From: an uncultured Clostridium sp.
GTDB taxonomy: Bacteria > Bacillota_I > Bacilli_A > RF39 > UBA660
DNA length: 64,000 nt
Assembly (NCBI GenBank): GCA_964388545.1
Contig: CAYMAV010000001.1
Location: forward strand, 6,272-70,271
Reading direction: 5' to 3'
Shown: piece after piece, positions 38,320 through 47,357 of the stretch
Numbering within the stretch: position 1 is the first letter of the stretch
How the letters are laid out: each line of letters starts with the position of its first letter
Notes under the pieces: generated by a model
Told to the model about the DNA's origin: nothing
What the model saw: only the letters and a program-made list of their open reading frames with translations
Databases searched by the model: none
Program-made: the position numbers and the translations under genes

Positions 38320-39603
38320 TTATATTAATTCACTTAGACAAAATGTGGCATAAACTGGTATACATCTAATTCCTCTTCTAAGCGAGAAATTATCGCCTGA
38401 TATTCTTATTAATTGAGATGGATTATATTTAGAATTAAATACCGATAACGATTTTGATTTACTTTTATTAGATGCAGTAATTTCGATAGGAATTATATAG
38501 CCAGCCTTAGTTTGAATTACAAAATCGATAAAAGCTTTTCCACTTGATTGATAATAATATAAATTATATCCATTCGAGATAAGCGATACGGCTACACTAT
38601 TTTCATATAGTATCTTCATATACTCATCAGTATTTTCAACTAATAATTTGCTGGCTTTTAATTTTTTAAATAAAATACCAGTATCATTCATATAAACCTT
38701 AAAAGAATCTAAATCCCTATAACTGCTTAACGGAGATTTTACATCATTTAAGCGATAGCATTTATATACAAAAGCATTATTATGAAGAAAGTTAAGAGAG
38801 TTTTCATATTCTTTGCTTCTTCCACCTTCTTTAATCAGCCCATACATAAATTTTTTGTTGTCTTTTAAGAGTTGTAAAGGAACACTATTATAAACTTCTA
38901 CACTTCTTGTAATATCTATTAGATTTTCTTGAGTACCAATTTCTTTTAAATAAGTATCAATGATTTTATCAAAGGTAGAATTAAGAAGTAGTTTGTTTTC
39001 GTTTTGAATAAATTGATGAACCGCCTCAGGCATACCTCCCGTTAACAAATAATCCTGAAAATAATCCATCGAGATATTATGAAATGGATTTTTTTTGTTA
39101 TGTTTAAAAGAATTTTTAATATAATCTATTAATTCGCTTTTATTAATTGCTATTAAAAATTCCTCAAAGTCCATTGGTAAAACCGATTTAAATTGTAACT
39201 CAATTCCTTTAAATGAAGATAAATTATCTTTTAAGGAAGTTATTAATATAATATGATAATCATTTTTAAACTTTCCAAAAGTCTTTATAATATTAACGAG
39301 TTCTACGCTATGAACATTATCAAAAACTACCAAAGTTGCTTTTTTTTCGATTTTTTCCATAGAATATTTTTCAAGTTTTAAAACAATACCATCAATTGTT
39401 GTTTCCTTTTTTACATAATCAAAAAGTTTCGTATTCTCATTTGAATCAATATAAACTACATTATCATAATTTTCATATCCGTAATTTAATACCGAATAAG
39501 TCTTTCCTACTTGCTTTGATCCATAAATAAGAAGCGGTTTTCTCTCTGAGTCTTTTTGCCACTGTTCTAAAAATTTATCAATTTTTCGTTCCATAAAATG
39601 CAC
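38320..39603 (-). CDS. AAA+ ATPase of the AAA_14/DUF4143 family
   Basis: Walker A LLIYGSKQVGKTYSV. Walker B LVVFDNVH. 427 aa. Confidence 0.75.
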   Translation of the reverse strand: MHFMERKIDKFLEQWQKDSERKPLLIYGSKQVGKTYSVLNYGYENYDNVVYIDSNENTKLFDYVKKETTIDGIVLKLEKYSMEKIEKKATLVVFDNVHSVELVNIIKTFGKFKNDYHIILITSLKDNLSSFKGIELQFKSVLPMDFEEFLIAINKSELIDYIKNSFKHNKKNPFHNISMDYFQDYLLTGGMPEAVHQFIQNENKLLLNSTFDKIIDTYLKEIGTQENLIDITRSVEVYNSVPLQLLKDNKKFMYGLIKEGGRSKEYENSLNFLHNNAFVYKCYRLNDVKSPLSSYRDLDSFKVYMNDTGILFKKLKASKLLVENTDEYMKILYENSVAVSLISNGYNLYYYQSSGKAFIDFVIQTKAGYIIPIEITASNKSKSKSLSVFNSKYNPSQLIRISGDNFSLRRGIRCIPVYATFCLSELI

Positions 39604-39651
39604 TCCAATATCATTTATTATACTTTATTATAATATTTACTAAAAAATAAG

Positions 39652-40359
39652 TCAATTGTTTGATTTTAGACTTTCTACTATTGTCATGATATATTGCCGA
39701 TTACTAGGCTTACCCTTATTTTGACATACACTATAACCAAAAAGTTTATCCATAATATCAAAATTTCCCCTATTCCAACTAACCTCTATCGCATGTCTAA
39801 TATTTTTTTCAATACATATCTTATTTGTTGAAAAGTTCTCCGCAATATTGGAATACAAATCGCCAAAAAGGTAGTGATCATTTTTATATAACTCTGCAAT
39901 AGACTTTTTCAGATATAGATATCCCTTTAGATGAGAAGGAATACCTAGGTCGTGTAAGATGTTTTTAATTTTATCTTCTATATTGATATTTTTAATTATA
40001 GAATCTCCTTTTATTAAATCCTCTATTACTTTTGGTTCCGTTGGTTTTATTAAAATACTATCTACCTCAACAGTATCTAATCTCTCAATTATCTTCTTTG
40101 ATATATATGAGGTGTTTACTATTACTTTTTTTGATTTAATATTTTTGTTTATTTCTTTAATTATCGAAATACTATCCACATTGGATAATATTAAATCTAA
40201 AATTACTATTTGATAATCATCGTTTTCTCTTACATAATTTATAGCTTCTTCTCCACTAGAAAAGCTTATAATTTCAATAAGACTATGATTACAAAAATAC
40301 TTTTTATAACTATTGATTAAATCTATATCATAATCAATTAAAAGTATTTTATTCTTCAT
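39652..40359 (-). CDS. Spo0A-like response regulator (receiver domain plus Spo0A_C DNA-binding domain), unusually short
   Basis: C-terminus LGIPSHLKGYLYLKKSIAELY...NIRHAIEVSWNRGNFDIMDKLFGYSV...GKPSNRQYI closely matches the Spo0A C-domain (HIKGYLYLREAI...ERAIRHAIEVAWSRGN...LFGYTV). The N-terminal receiver has D in ILDL, T in VNTSY and K in ILIKP. Confidence 0.7.
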   Translation of the reverse strand: MKNKILLIDYDIDLINSYKKYFCNHSLIEIISFSSGEEAINYVRENDDYQIVILDLILSNVDSISIIKEINKNIKSKKVIVNTSYISKKIIERLDTVEVDSILIKPTEPKVIEDLIKGDSIIKNINIEDKIKNILHDLGIPSHLKGYLYLKKSIAELYKNDHYLFGDLYSNIAENFSTNKICIEKNIRHAIEVSWNRGNFDIMDKLFGYSVCQNKGKPSNRQYIMTIVESLKSNN

Positions 40360-40448
40360 CTATTCCTTTCTATTATAATAATAGCATTTTTAAATCTTTT
40401 AACAAACAAATTTAATCATATTAAATAATTGTTTACAAAAAAAGATTA

Positions 40449-41153
40449 TTAACTTTTATTAATAATCTTTAAAAAATCTTCACATATTGTACTAGCCTTA
40501 CCAATTAGGTATCCGTCAAGATCTTTAACCCTGCTTAATTCCTCAATATTATTAGCATTTACACTTCCACCATACAACACTTTTACATTATATTTATATT
40601 TTTCTTTTATTATTTTTTTAATGTAATCCATTATCTCTTCTATTTCTTCGACTTTAGGTATTAGGCCAGTTCCAATAGACCAAACTGGTTCATAAGCAAT
40701 AACAATATTTTCCCTTTTTGCAGTTATACCATTTAAAACCTCTTCTATTTGCAACTTAACTTTATCCTTATACTTATTTTTTTCTCTTTCTTCTTTAGTT
40801 TCACCTACACAATAAATAGGTATTATATCTTCTTCTAAAAGATTATTAATTTTAATTATTAAAGTTTCTTTTTCTTCCTTAAAAAATTCTCTTCTTTCAG
40901 AATGACCAACTAAAGAATACTTTACTCCCAAACTTTTTAACTGACTGGCAGTTACTTCTCCTGTTGAATTATCATTAGTATTAATCGATACATCTTGAGA
41001 ACCTAACAAAAAATTAGTCTTATTAAATTCGTTAATAAACGGAATAGAAGGTATTATAACTACACTACTAACATCCTTATCTTTAAAATATTTTACAAAT
41101 TCTTCAATTTTTTCCTTTTTTAGATATGCCTTTTGATTTCCAACTATTAACAT
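40449..41153 (-). CDS. tpiA: Triosephosphate isomerase
   Basis: IVGNQKAY, HSERR, YCVGET, YEPVWSIGTG, YGGSVN motifs. The annotated start overlaps the upstream GT4 gene by 50 bp. Confidence 0.85.
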   Translation of the reverse strand: MLIVGNQKAYLKKEKIEEFVKYFKDKDVSSVVIIPSIPFINEFNKTNFLLGSQDVSINTNDNSTGEVTASQLKSLGVKYSLVGHSERREFFKEEKETLIIKINNLLEEDIIPIYCVGETKEEREKNKYKDKVKLQIEEVLNGITAKRENIVIAYEPVWSIGTGLIPKVEEIEEIMDYIKKIIKEKYKYNVKVLYGGSVNANNIEELSRVKDLDGYLIGKASTICEDFLKIINKS

Positions 41154-42381
41154 TTTGACGTTTCCTTCCTACAATCTTTTTTTTAAAACTATTAATTATT
41201 CTATACTCGTTATATTTATGATTTCTTATCGCTTCTTCATAAACCTCTATAACCGATTCTCCATAATATTTAGAACTAAATACACTCGAGGTTCTTCTAG
41301 CGCCTTTTTGTAATTTTAATAATTCTTTTCTATCATTATATAAATCTTCAATTATTTTTATATATTCTTCTTCATTTTTAAAAAATCTTCCGTCAACTCC
41401 ATCAGTAACCATATTTGTAAAACTCTCATCATATATACAAATAGGAGGAACAGATGCAGCCATCGCCTCTATTACTGTTAAACCTTGCGTTTCTGAAGTT
41501 GATGCGGTAGCAAATAAATCTCCTAAATGATAATAACTAGGAATTTCATCCCATGATACCTTACCGGTAAAGATAACATTATCATCTATTTTTAATTCAA
41601 CCGCCTTGCTTTGATATTCTAAAACATCTGGGCCATCACCAACAATAATTAACTTTATATTTTTATTTTTTATTTCTTTTTGCGCTTCTAACAATAAATC
41701 GATATTTTTTTCTTTAGCTAATCTTCCAACAAACAAAATACAAAAATCATCATTCTTTATTTTATATTTTTCTTTTAACTCTTTTACTTTCTTTATATTT
41801 ATATTTTCTTTATAAAACCTTTCAATTTCAATTCCTGTTGGAATAACATAAATATCTTTATCTACCTTATATTTTTTCTTAAATAAAACCGAAATTTTCT
41901 TCGTTGGCACAATTAATTCATCAGCCATATCGTCACAAAAGAAAACTGAAAAATATTTTGCTATTTTTTTACTAGCTCTAGTAAAATAACCTTTAGTAAC
42001 ATAATGCATATAGTCCTCATATAAAGTATGATAAGTGTGAACCAAAGGAACTCCATTTTTCTTTGATAGTACTCTAGCAAAAATACCCATACTAAACTCG
42101 GTATGTGAGTGATATATATCCAAATTTAAATCATCAATGATCTTTTTAGCTTTTCTCGGATACGGAGAGGTTAATCGATAATCATATATTCCTGTTTTAA
42201 AACCAGGTATTTTAATAACCGTATTATTTTCTTCATAACCATATTTCTTACCCTCATTATTAATGGTTATTACATATACTTCATGTCCTAATGACTCCAA
42301 CGATCTTTTAAGCATTTGAACACTAGTAGAAACTCCATTAATAAATGGAGGATAAGTATCCGAAAAAAGTCCTATTCTCAT
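41104..42381 (-). CDS. GT4 glycosyltransferase, alpha-monoglucosyldiacylglycerol-synthase-like (glycolipid synthase)
   Basis: MRIGLFSDTYPPFINGVSTSV N-terminus typical of MGlcDAG synthases. C-terminus has an E-x7-E motif. Confidence 0.7.
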   Translation of the reverse strand: MRIGLFSDTYPPFINGVSTSVQMLKRSLESLGHEVYVITINNEGKKYGYEENNTVIKIPGFKTGIYDYRLTSPYPRKAKKIIDDLNLDIYHSHTEFSMGIFARVLSKKNGVPLVHTYHTLYEDYMHYVTKGYFTRASKKIAKYFSVFFCDDMADELIVPTKKISVLFKKKYKVDKDIYVIPTGIEIERFYKENINIKKVKELKEKYKIKNDDFCILFVGRLAKEKNIDLLLEAQKEIKNKNIKLIIVGDGPDVLEYQSKAVELKIDDNVIFTGKVSWDEIPSYYHLGDLFATASTSETQGLTVIEAMAASVPPICIYDESFTNMVTDGVDGRFFKNEEEYIKIIEDLYNDRKELLKLQKGARRTSSVFSSKYYGESVIEVYEEAIRNHKYNEYRIINSFKKKIVGRKRQNVNSWKSKGISKKGKN

Positions 42382-43382
42382 TCTTTTTTATCTCCTTCAT
42401 ATAAGGTAAAGAAAATTCCACCTATAATCATTCCAAAATAATAAGTAATAAATCTCCATACAATTAAAGCAGATTTTAAAACCGGATCTGGCACTATTAA
42501 ACCAAAGAATGTTAAGAAACCAAACTCAATTCCACCGCTTCCACCTGGTATTGGTACAAAATTACCCATAACTGCTATAAATGATGAGAAAATAATAGTA
42601 TCTAGAATTTCTACTTTAAAATTCAAAGCATTAAATACAACTAAAGGAATAATATATTGAATAAATATTGCGATTAAATTAATAAACATACAACTTAAAA
42701 ATAACTTTTTATCCTTAAGAAGAATATCCGCACTTCTATTATAGTCTTTTAATTTTTCTTCCCATTCATCTAATTTTTTTTGTTTATCTTTTATAAATTT
42801 GAATTTATGTCCTATATTAATTATAAATTTTACAAAAAGTCTACTAAACTTTTTTGAGAAACTTATTACTATAAAGAAAATTCCTACTAATATATTAATT
42901 GCAAAACCTAATATAAGTAGTTTAGTAACTAATGATGAGAAACTATATAATTTAAAATAATAATTAATAAATAATGTACCCGCTCCCATAAAAACTAATA
43001 CTATTTGATAGATTATAAGTTGCTGAAGAATTATATTTGTTGCGGTTAAAGTCTCTACTTTTTGCTTGCTTAACATATATATCTGCATTGGCTCTCCACC
43101 AATAGCAAAAGGAGTAATACCTGCAAAAAATTGATTGACTATTATAAGCTCTAATATTCTATAAAATTTTACATCAGCGCCGTTTTTCTTAACTACAGTA
43201 TATAATGATAGCGCTTTTAAAAACCAATGAATTAATAAAAGAATAACCGCAGCAAAAATAACTTTTTTATCAGATAAAAGCAAATTGCTAATTATTGCTC
43301 GGTAATCGTCTTTTAAAAGAAAGGCTAATATCACTATATAAATAAGAAATATAATTATGGCATTTCTTTTTTTTACTTTCAT
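42378..43382 (-). CDS. UPF0104 / lysylphosphatidylglycerol-synthase-TM-domain-like (flippase-like) membrane protein
   Basis: 8 TM helices with ITPFAIGGEPMQIY and PIPGGSGGIE motifs. 4-bp overlap with the GT4 gene. Confidence 0.6.
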   Translation of the reverse strand: MKVKKRNAIIIFLIYIVILAFLLKDDYRAIISNLLLSDKKVIFAAVILLLIHWFLKALSLYTVVKKNGADVKFYRILELIIVNQFFAGITPFAIGGEPMQIYMLSKQKVETLTATNIILQQLIIYQIVLVFMGAGTLFINYYFKLYSFSSLVTKLLILGFAINILVGIFFIVISFSKKFSRLFVKFIINIGHKFKFIKDKQKKLDEWEEKLKDYNRSADILLKDKKLFLSCMFINLIAIFIQYIIPLVVFNALNFKVEILDTIIFSSFIAVMGNFVPIPGGSGGIEFGFLTFFGLIVPDPVLKSALIVWRFITYYFGMIIGGIFFTLYEGDKKE

Positions 43383-43384
43383 TA

Positions 43385-44566
43385 TTATTTGTTAGAAATC
43401 GCTTCAATTCCTGGCAACTTCTTTCCTTTCATGTAATCTAAGGTAACTCCTCCGCCAGTTGATAAATGAGTTAATTTATCTTTATACCCTAATGAAATAG
43501 CACTTGCCACAACATCTCCTCCGCCAAGAATTGTAATATTATTTAAGGAACTAAGTTTTTCTAAAATACTATTTGTACCCTTTATAAAATTAGAAAATTC
43601 ATATACTCCTAATGGACCATTCCAAAATACTGTCTCAGAATCTACTAGATTTTTCTTAAATAATTCAATAGTATCTGCTCCAATATCCATTCCCATATCA
43701 TCTGATGCAAAATCTCCAACTTGACGATTTTCAAAAGGTACATCATTAGAAAATTCTTTTGTTACTACATTATCAACTGGAAGAACTATTTTATCTTTAT
43801 AGTTTGCTAAAACATTTTTACAAAAATCAATGCTTTCTTCATCTAAAATAGACTTTCCTATATTATATCCAAGAGCATATAAGAAGGTATAAGCCATACC
43901 TCCACCAATTAATATCTTATCTGCTTTAGTAACTAAATTTTCAATAACACCAATCTTATCTTTTACTTTGCTACCACCTAAAATTAAAACAAATGGTCTT
44001 TTAGGATCATCAAGTTTTTCTAATTCTTTTAATTCTTTTTCTACAAGAAATCCAACTCCACTTGGTAAAAATGTTGATATTCCTACATTTGAAGCATGTG
44101 CTCGATGTAAAGTTCCAAAAGCATCATTTATAAATACTTCTCCAAGACTTGCCCAGTACTTAGCAAGTTCTTCGTTATTTGAACTTTCCTTATTCCCATC
44201 TACATCTTCATATCTAGTATTTTCTACTAATAAAACTTCTCCAACTTGTAAATTATTAACTAAATCCTCTAACTCTTTTCCTCTTGTTACAGGTGAAAAA
44301 TAAACATTACAAGTTAATAATTCCTTTAATCTTTCATAAACAACATTTAAAGAGTTTTTCTTTTTATCTTCTTCAGTTTCTACTCTTCCTAAGTGTGACA
44401 TAACAATTACTTTCGCACCTTTACCAAGTACATAATTTATTGTTTCTAGACTTTCCTTAATACGATTATCATCGATAATCTTACCATCTTTTACTGGAAC
44501 ATTAAGATCACATCTTATTATTACCTTTTTTCCATTTAATTCATAATCATTTACTGTATTCTTCAT
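43385..44566 (-). CDS. pgk: Phosphoglycerate kinase
   Basis: KKVIIRCDLNVP and GGGMAYTF motifs. 393 aa. Confidence 0.9.
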   Translation of the reverse strand: MKNTVNDYELNGKKVIIRCDLNVPVKDGKIIDDNRIKESLETINYVLGKGAKVIVMSHLGRVETEEDKKKNSLNVVYERLKELLTCNVYFSPVTRGKELEDLVNNLQVGEVLLVENTRYEDVDGNKESSNNEELAKYWASLGEVFINDAFGTLHRAHASNVGISTFLPSGVGFLVEKELKELEKLDDPKRPFVLILGGSKVKDKIGVIENLVTKADKILIGGGMAYTFLYALGYNIGKSILDEESIDFCKNVLANYKDKIVLPVDNVVTKEFSNDVPFENRQVGDFASDDMGMDIGADTIELFKKNLVDSETVFWNGPLGVYEFSNFIKGTNSILEKLSSLNNITILGGGDVVASAISLGYKDKLTHLSTGGGVTLDYMKGKKLPGIEAISNK

Positions 44567-44597
44567 AACTTTCTCCTATATTAATATTATATCACAA

Positions 44598-46334
44598 CTA
44601 CATTTTATCAGGACATTCAATTCCAAATAAATCTAGGATAAACATATTCATTTGATAAACTACATCGGATAATATTAACCAAGATTCTCTTAAATTTTTA
44701 TCTTCTTCAACGAGTATCCTATTTTCTGAATAAAACTTATTATATACACTTGTTAATTTATAGATATATTCTGCTAAATCACTTAAAGACTGGGTATCAT
44801 AAATCTTAGTTAAAACCGTTGGGAATCTTAATAAGTTAATAATTATATCTCTATCGGATTTATCTTTTATAACCGAATATTTATTATAAGTAAGACCTTC
44901 ATTTTTTGCTTTTTCTAAAAGAGATTTAATCCTAATCGTTGAATATAAAAGATATGGTCCAGTCTTACCATCTAGATCGCTAAACTTTGCTGGATCAAAG
45001 ATATAATCCGTTGTTCTAAATGGAAGTAAGTCAGCATATTTTAAGGCTGCGATTGCAATCTTTTCACTAACTTCTTCTTCGTTTTCAGTAACAATATCGC
45101 GATTAAGGCGCTTATTAGTCTCCTCTTTTATCATATCTATTAGTTCACTTAAAGGCATTACTCCACCATCACGAGTTTTAAATGGCTTTCCATTTGGTCC
45201 GTTCATCGTACCAAAACCAAAGAATACTAAATTAGTATCATCTTTTACTATTCCTGCCTTTTTTACTACTCTAAAAACTTGCGTAAAATGTAGTTCTTGT
45301 CTTATATCTGTCGTATACCATATTTCATCTATTGGAAATCTTTTCATTCTTCCATAAATTGTTGCGATATCAGTCATTGAATATAAGTAACCTCCGTTAC
45401 CCTTTTCTAATATTACCGGAGGAATTTCTATTTTATCTTCTTCTTTGCTAACATCCATTACTATTGCATCTTCGCTAACATAAGTAAGTCCTTTTTTATT
45501 TAATAAATCCATAACCTCTGGAATATATTCAAAACTATCTATCTCGCCTTCCCAAAGGTCAAAATTAGCATTTATCATCTCATATATAGTTTTTATATTT
45601 TTAACCGATAATTCTCTTACTTTATTCCATAATGTTCGATAACCGATATGTTTTTTTTGTATTTGAAGAGTAATTTCTCTTGCTTCTTCTAAATAATCTT
45701 CATCCTCTTTTGATTTTCCCGAAGCGAAGGGATAAATTATAGCTAAGTCATCATTGGTAATTGGAAGTTCAAAATCTTCTCCCTTATAATCATCCTTAAA
45801 ACATATTAAATCTGGATATCTATTTTTTATTTCTAGGACAACAAGACCGGTTTGAAGACCAGAATCACCTAAATGAACATCACTAATTGTTTTATGTCCT
45901 AATGCTTTTAAAACTCTATTAACAGCTTCCCCAACATTTGCACTTCTTAAATGCCCTACATGAAGAGCCTTAGCAACATTCGCTCCACCATAATCAACCA
46001 ATATATTCTTAGGTTCCATCTTATCGATATTATTTTCAATATCTTCATTTAATTCATTAACATAATCTATTAATACTTCATCACTTAGTGATAAATTAAT
46101 AAAACCATTACCTGCTACATCAACATTTTTAAAAGAAGAATTCTTCTCCATTTCACCTACAAACTCTTTAGCAACCTCTAACGGATTTACCCTATGAGTT
46201 TTAGCTATCTTCATCGCATCATTTATTTGAAAATCACCTAATTCTTCTCTATTAGATGCTAACAAAGTTAACTTAGCATCATATTTTTTACCTATATTTT
46301 CAATTTGTTTTTCTATTTCTTTAAATTTACTCAT
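44598..46334 (-). CDS. argS: Arginine--tRNA ligase
   Basis: Class I HIGH motif ALHVGHLRS and KMSK-like region. Likely start MSKFKEIEK (ATG 46334) with RBS AAGAGGTG. The ORF track adds 31 upstream codons. Confidence 0.9.
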   Translation of the reverse strand: MSKFKEIEKQIENIGKKYDAKLTLLASNREELGDFQINDAMKIAKTHRVNPLEVAKEFVGEMEKNSSFKNVDVAGNGFINLSLSDEVLIDYVNELNEDIENNIDKMEPKNILVDYGGANVAKALHVGHLRSANVGEAVNRVLKALGHKTISDVHLGDSGLQTGLVVLEIKNRYPDLICFKDDYKGEDFELPITNDDLAIIYPFASGKSKEDEDYLEEAREITLQIQKKHIGYRTLWNKVRELSVKNIKTIYEMINANFDLWEGEIDSFEYIPEVMDLLNKKGLTYVSEDAIVMDVSKEEDKIEIPPVILEKGNGGYLYSMTDIATIYGRMKRFPIDEIWYTTDIRQELHFTQVFRVVKKAGIVKDDTNLVFFGFGTMNGPNGKPFKTRDGGVMPLSELIDMIKEETNKRLNRDIVTENEEEVSEKIAIAALKYADLLPFRTTDYIFDPAKFSDLDGKTGPYLLYSTIRIKSLLEKAKNEGLTYNKYSVIKDKSDRDIIINLLRFPTVLTKIYDTQSLSDLAEYIYKLTSVYNKFYSENRILVEEDKNLRESWLILSDVVYQMNMFILDLFGIECPDKM

Positions 46335-46335
46335 C

Positions 46336-46671
46336 TTACACCTCTTTATAGCTAATATTAAAAGAAATCTCTTCCTTATCAAGTTTATATTTATAACTAT
46401 AAGAGCTTTTATTTTCTTTAGAAGCAATCATTTCAATATTAAAATCGATTTCAAGGTCCTCGTTACTAATTTTAATTTGTTTATTTTTAAAATCGATTAT
46501 CATCTTATCATTTTCTTTCTCTTTTATTAACCTTTTAATCTTTAAATCAAAAATATACTTATATTCTCCGTTACTAAAAAGAATTAAATCTTTATTTAAT
46601 AATCCTTCTCCTTCATAAATATAAGGCATATTTTTACTATCTACATTCATACTAACGATTATTTTTTTCAT
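46336..46671 (-). CDS. DUF1934 (YwiB-like) small protein upstream of argS
   Basis: 111 aa, no TM. Conserved synteny with argS in Firmicutes. Confidence 0.5.
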   Translation of the reverse strand: MKKIIVSMNVDSKNMPYIYEGEGLLNKDLILFSNGEYKYIFDLKIKRLIKEKENDKMIIDFKNKQIKISNEDLEIDFNIEMIASKENKSSYSYKYKLDKEEISFNISYKEV

Positions 46672-46672
46672 A

Positions 46673-47251
46673 TTACTCTTTAACTATTTCTAGCATATCT
46701 CCAGTTTTTAAAAGTGCTGCATTTCCATCATCAGTATCAAGATGGGCCTCAAACGCATAGTTTTCACTTTCTCTTATAAAAACATCACTAAAAATTGTTT
46801 TCTTTTCAGTATCTGCTACTAAAGATATTTTCTTAACATCTACTAAATTTAATTCTTTTCTTATTTCTGGAGTTATATGAAGATGTCTATTAGCAATAAT
46901 GCAACATTTTTTAGTTACTTCACCTTTTGGCCCAACTATTGTCACCTCTTCAGCACCGTCTAAATCTCCAGAATTTTTTACTGGAGGGTTAATACCTAAA
47001 AAATAAGAATCTGTTCTTGATATTTCAACTTGTGAATTCTTTCTAAAAGGACATAAAAGTCTTACTTTATTTAATATATTCTTACTTGTTTTAATCGATA
47101 CAACTTTGTCTGTTGCATATTCTCCGGGTTGAACTAAATCTTTTATTTTAACAACTTCTTCATTTCCAAATAAAGTTTTATAATCTTCTTCGCTTAAATG
47201 AAGATGTCTATTTGATACTCCTAATAATACTTTCATAATCATTTCCTCCAT
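46673..47251 (-). CDS. pduL: Phosphate propanoyltransferase PduL-like phosphotransacylase
   Basis: Duplicated motifs GVSNRHLHLS and ANRHLHIT. Confidence 0.75.
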   Translation of the reverse strand: MEEMIMKVLLGVSNRHLHLSEEDYKTLFGNEEVVKIKDLVQPGEYATDKVVSIKTSKNILNKVRLLCPFRKNSQVEISRTDSYFLGINPPVKNSGDLDGAEEVTIVGPKGEVTKKCCIIANRHLHITPEIRKELNLVDVKKISLVADTEKKTIFSDVFIRESENYAFEAHLDTDDGNAALLKTGDMLEIVKE

Positions 47252-47357
47252 AAAAATTATAACATTTATAATATACTTTATCTATATTTACAACTAAATT
47301 CAAATTTAATCTATTAATCTTTTTATTTATGATATTATATTTTTAAGGAGTTAGGTT

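Noticed and set aside
44598-46427. 31-codon N-terminal extension of argS in the ORF track (MLLKKIKALIVININLIRKRF...)
   Set aside because: The extension overlaps the upstream DUF1934 gene and has no RBS. An internal ATG at 46334 with RBS AAGAGGTG gives a normal-length ArgRS.
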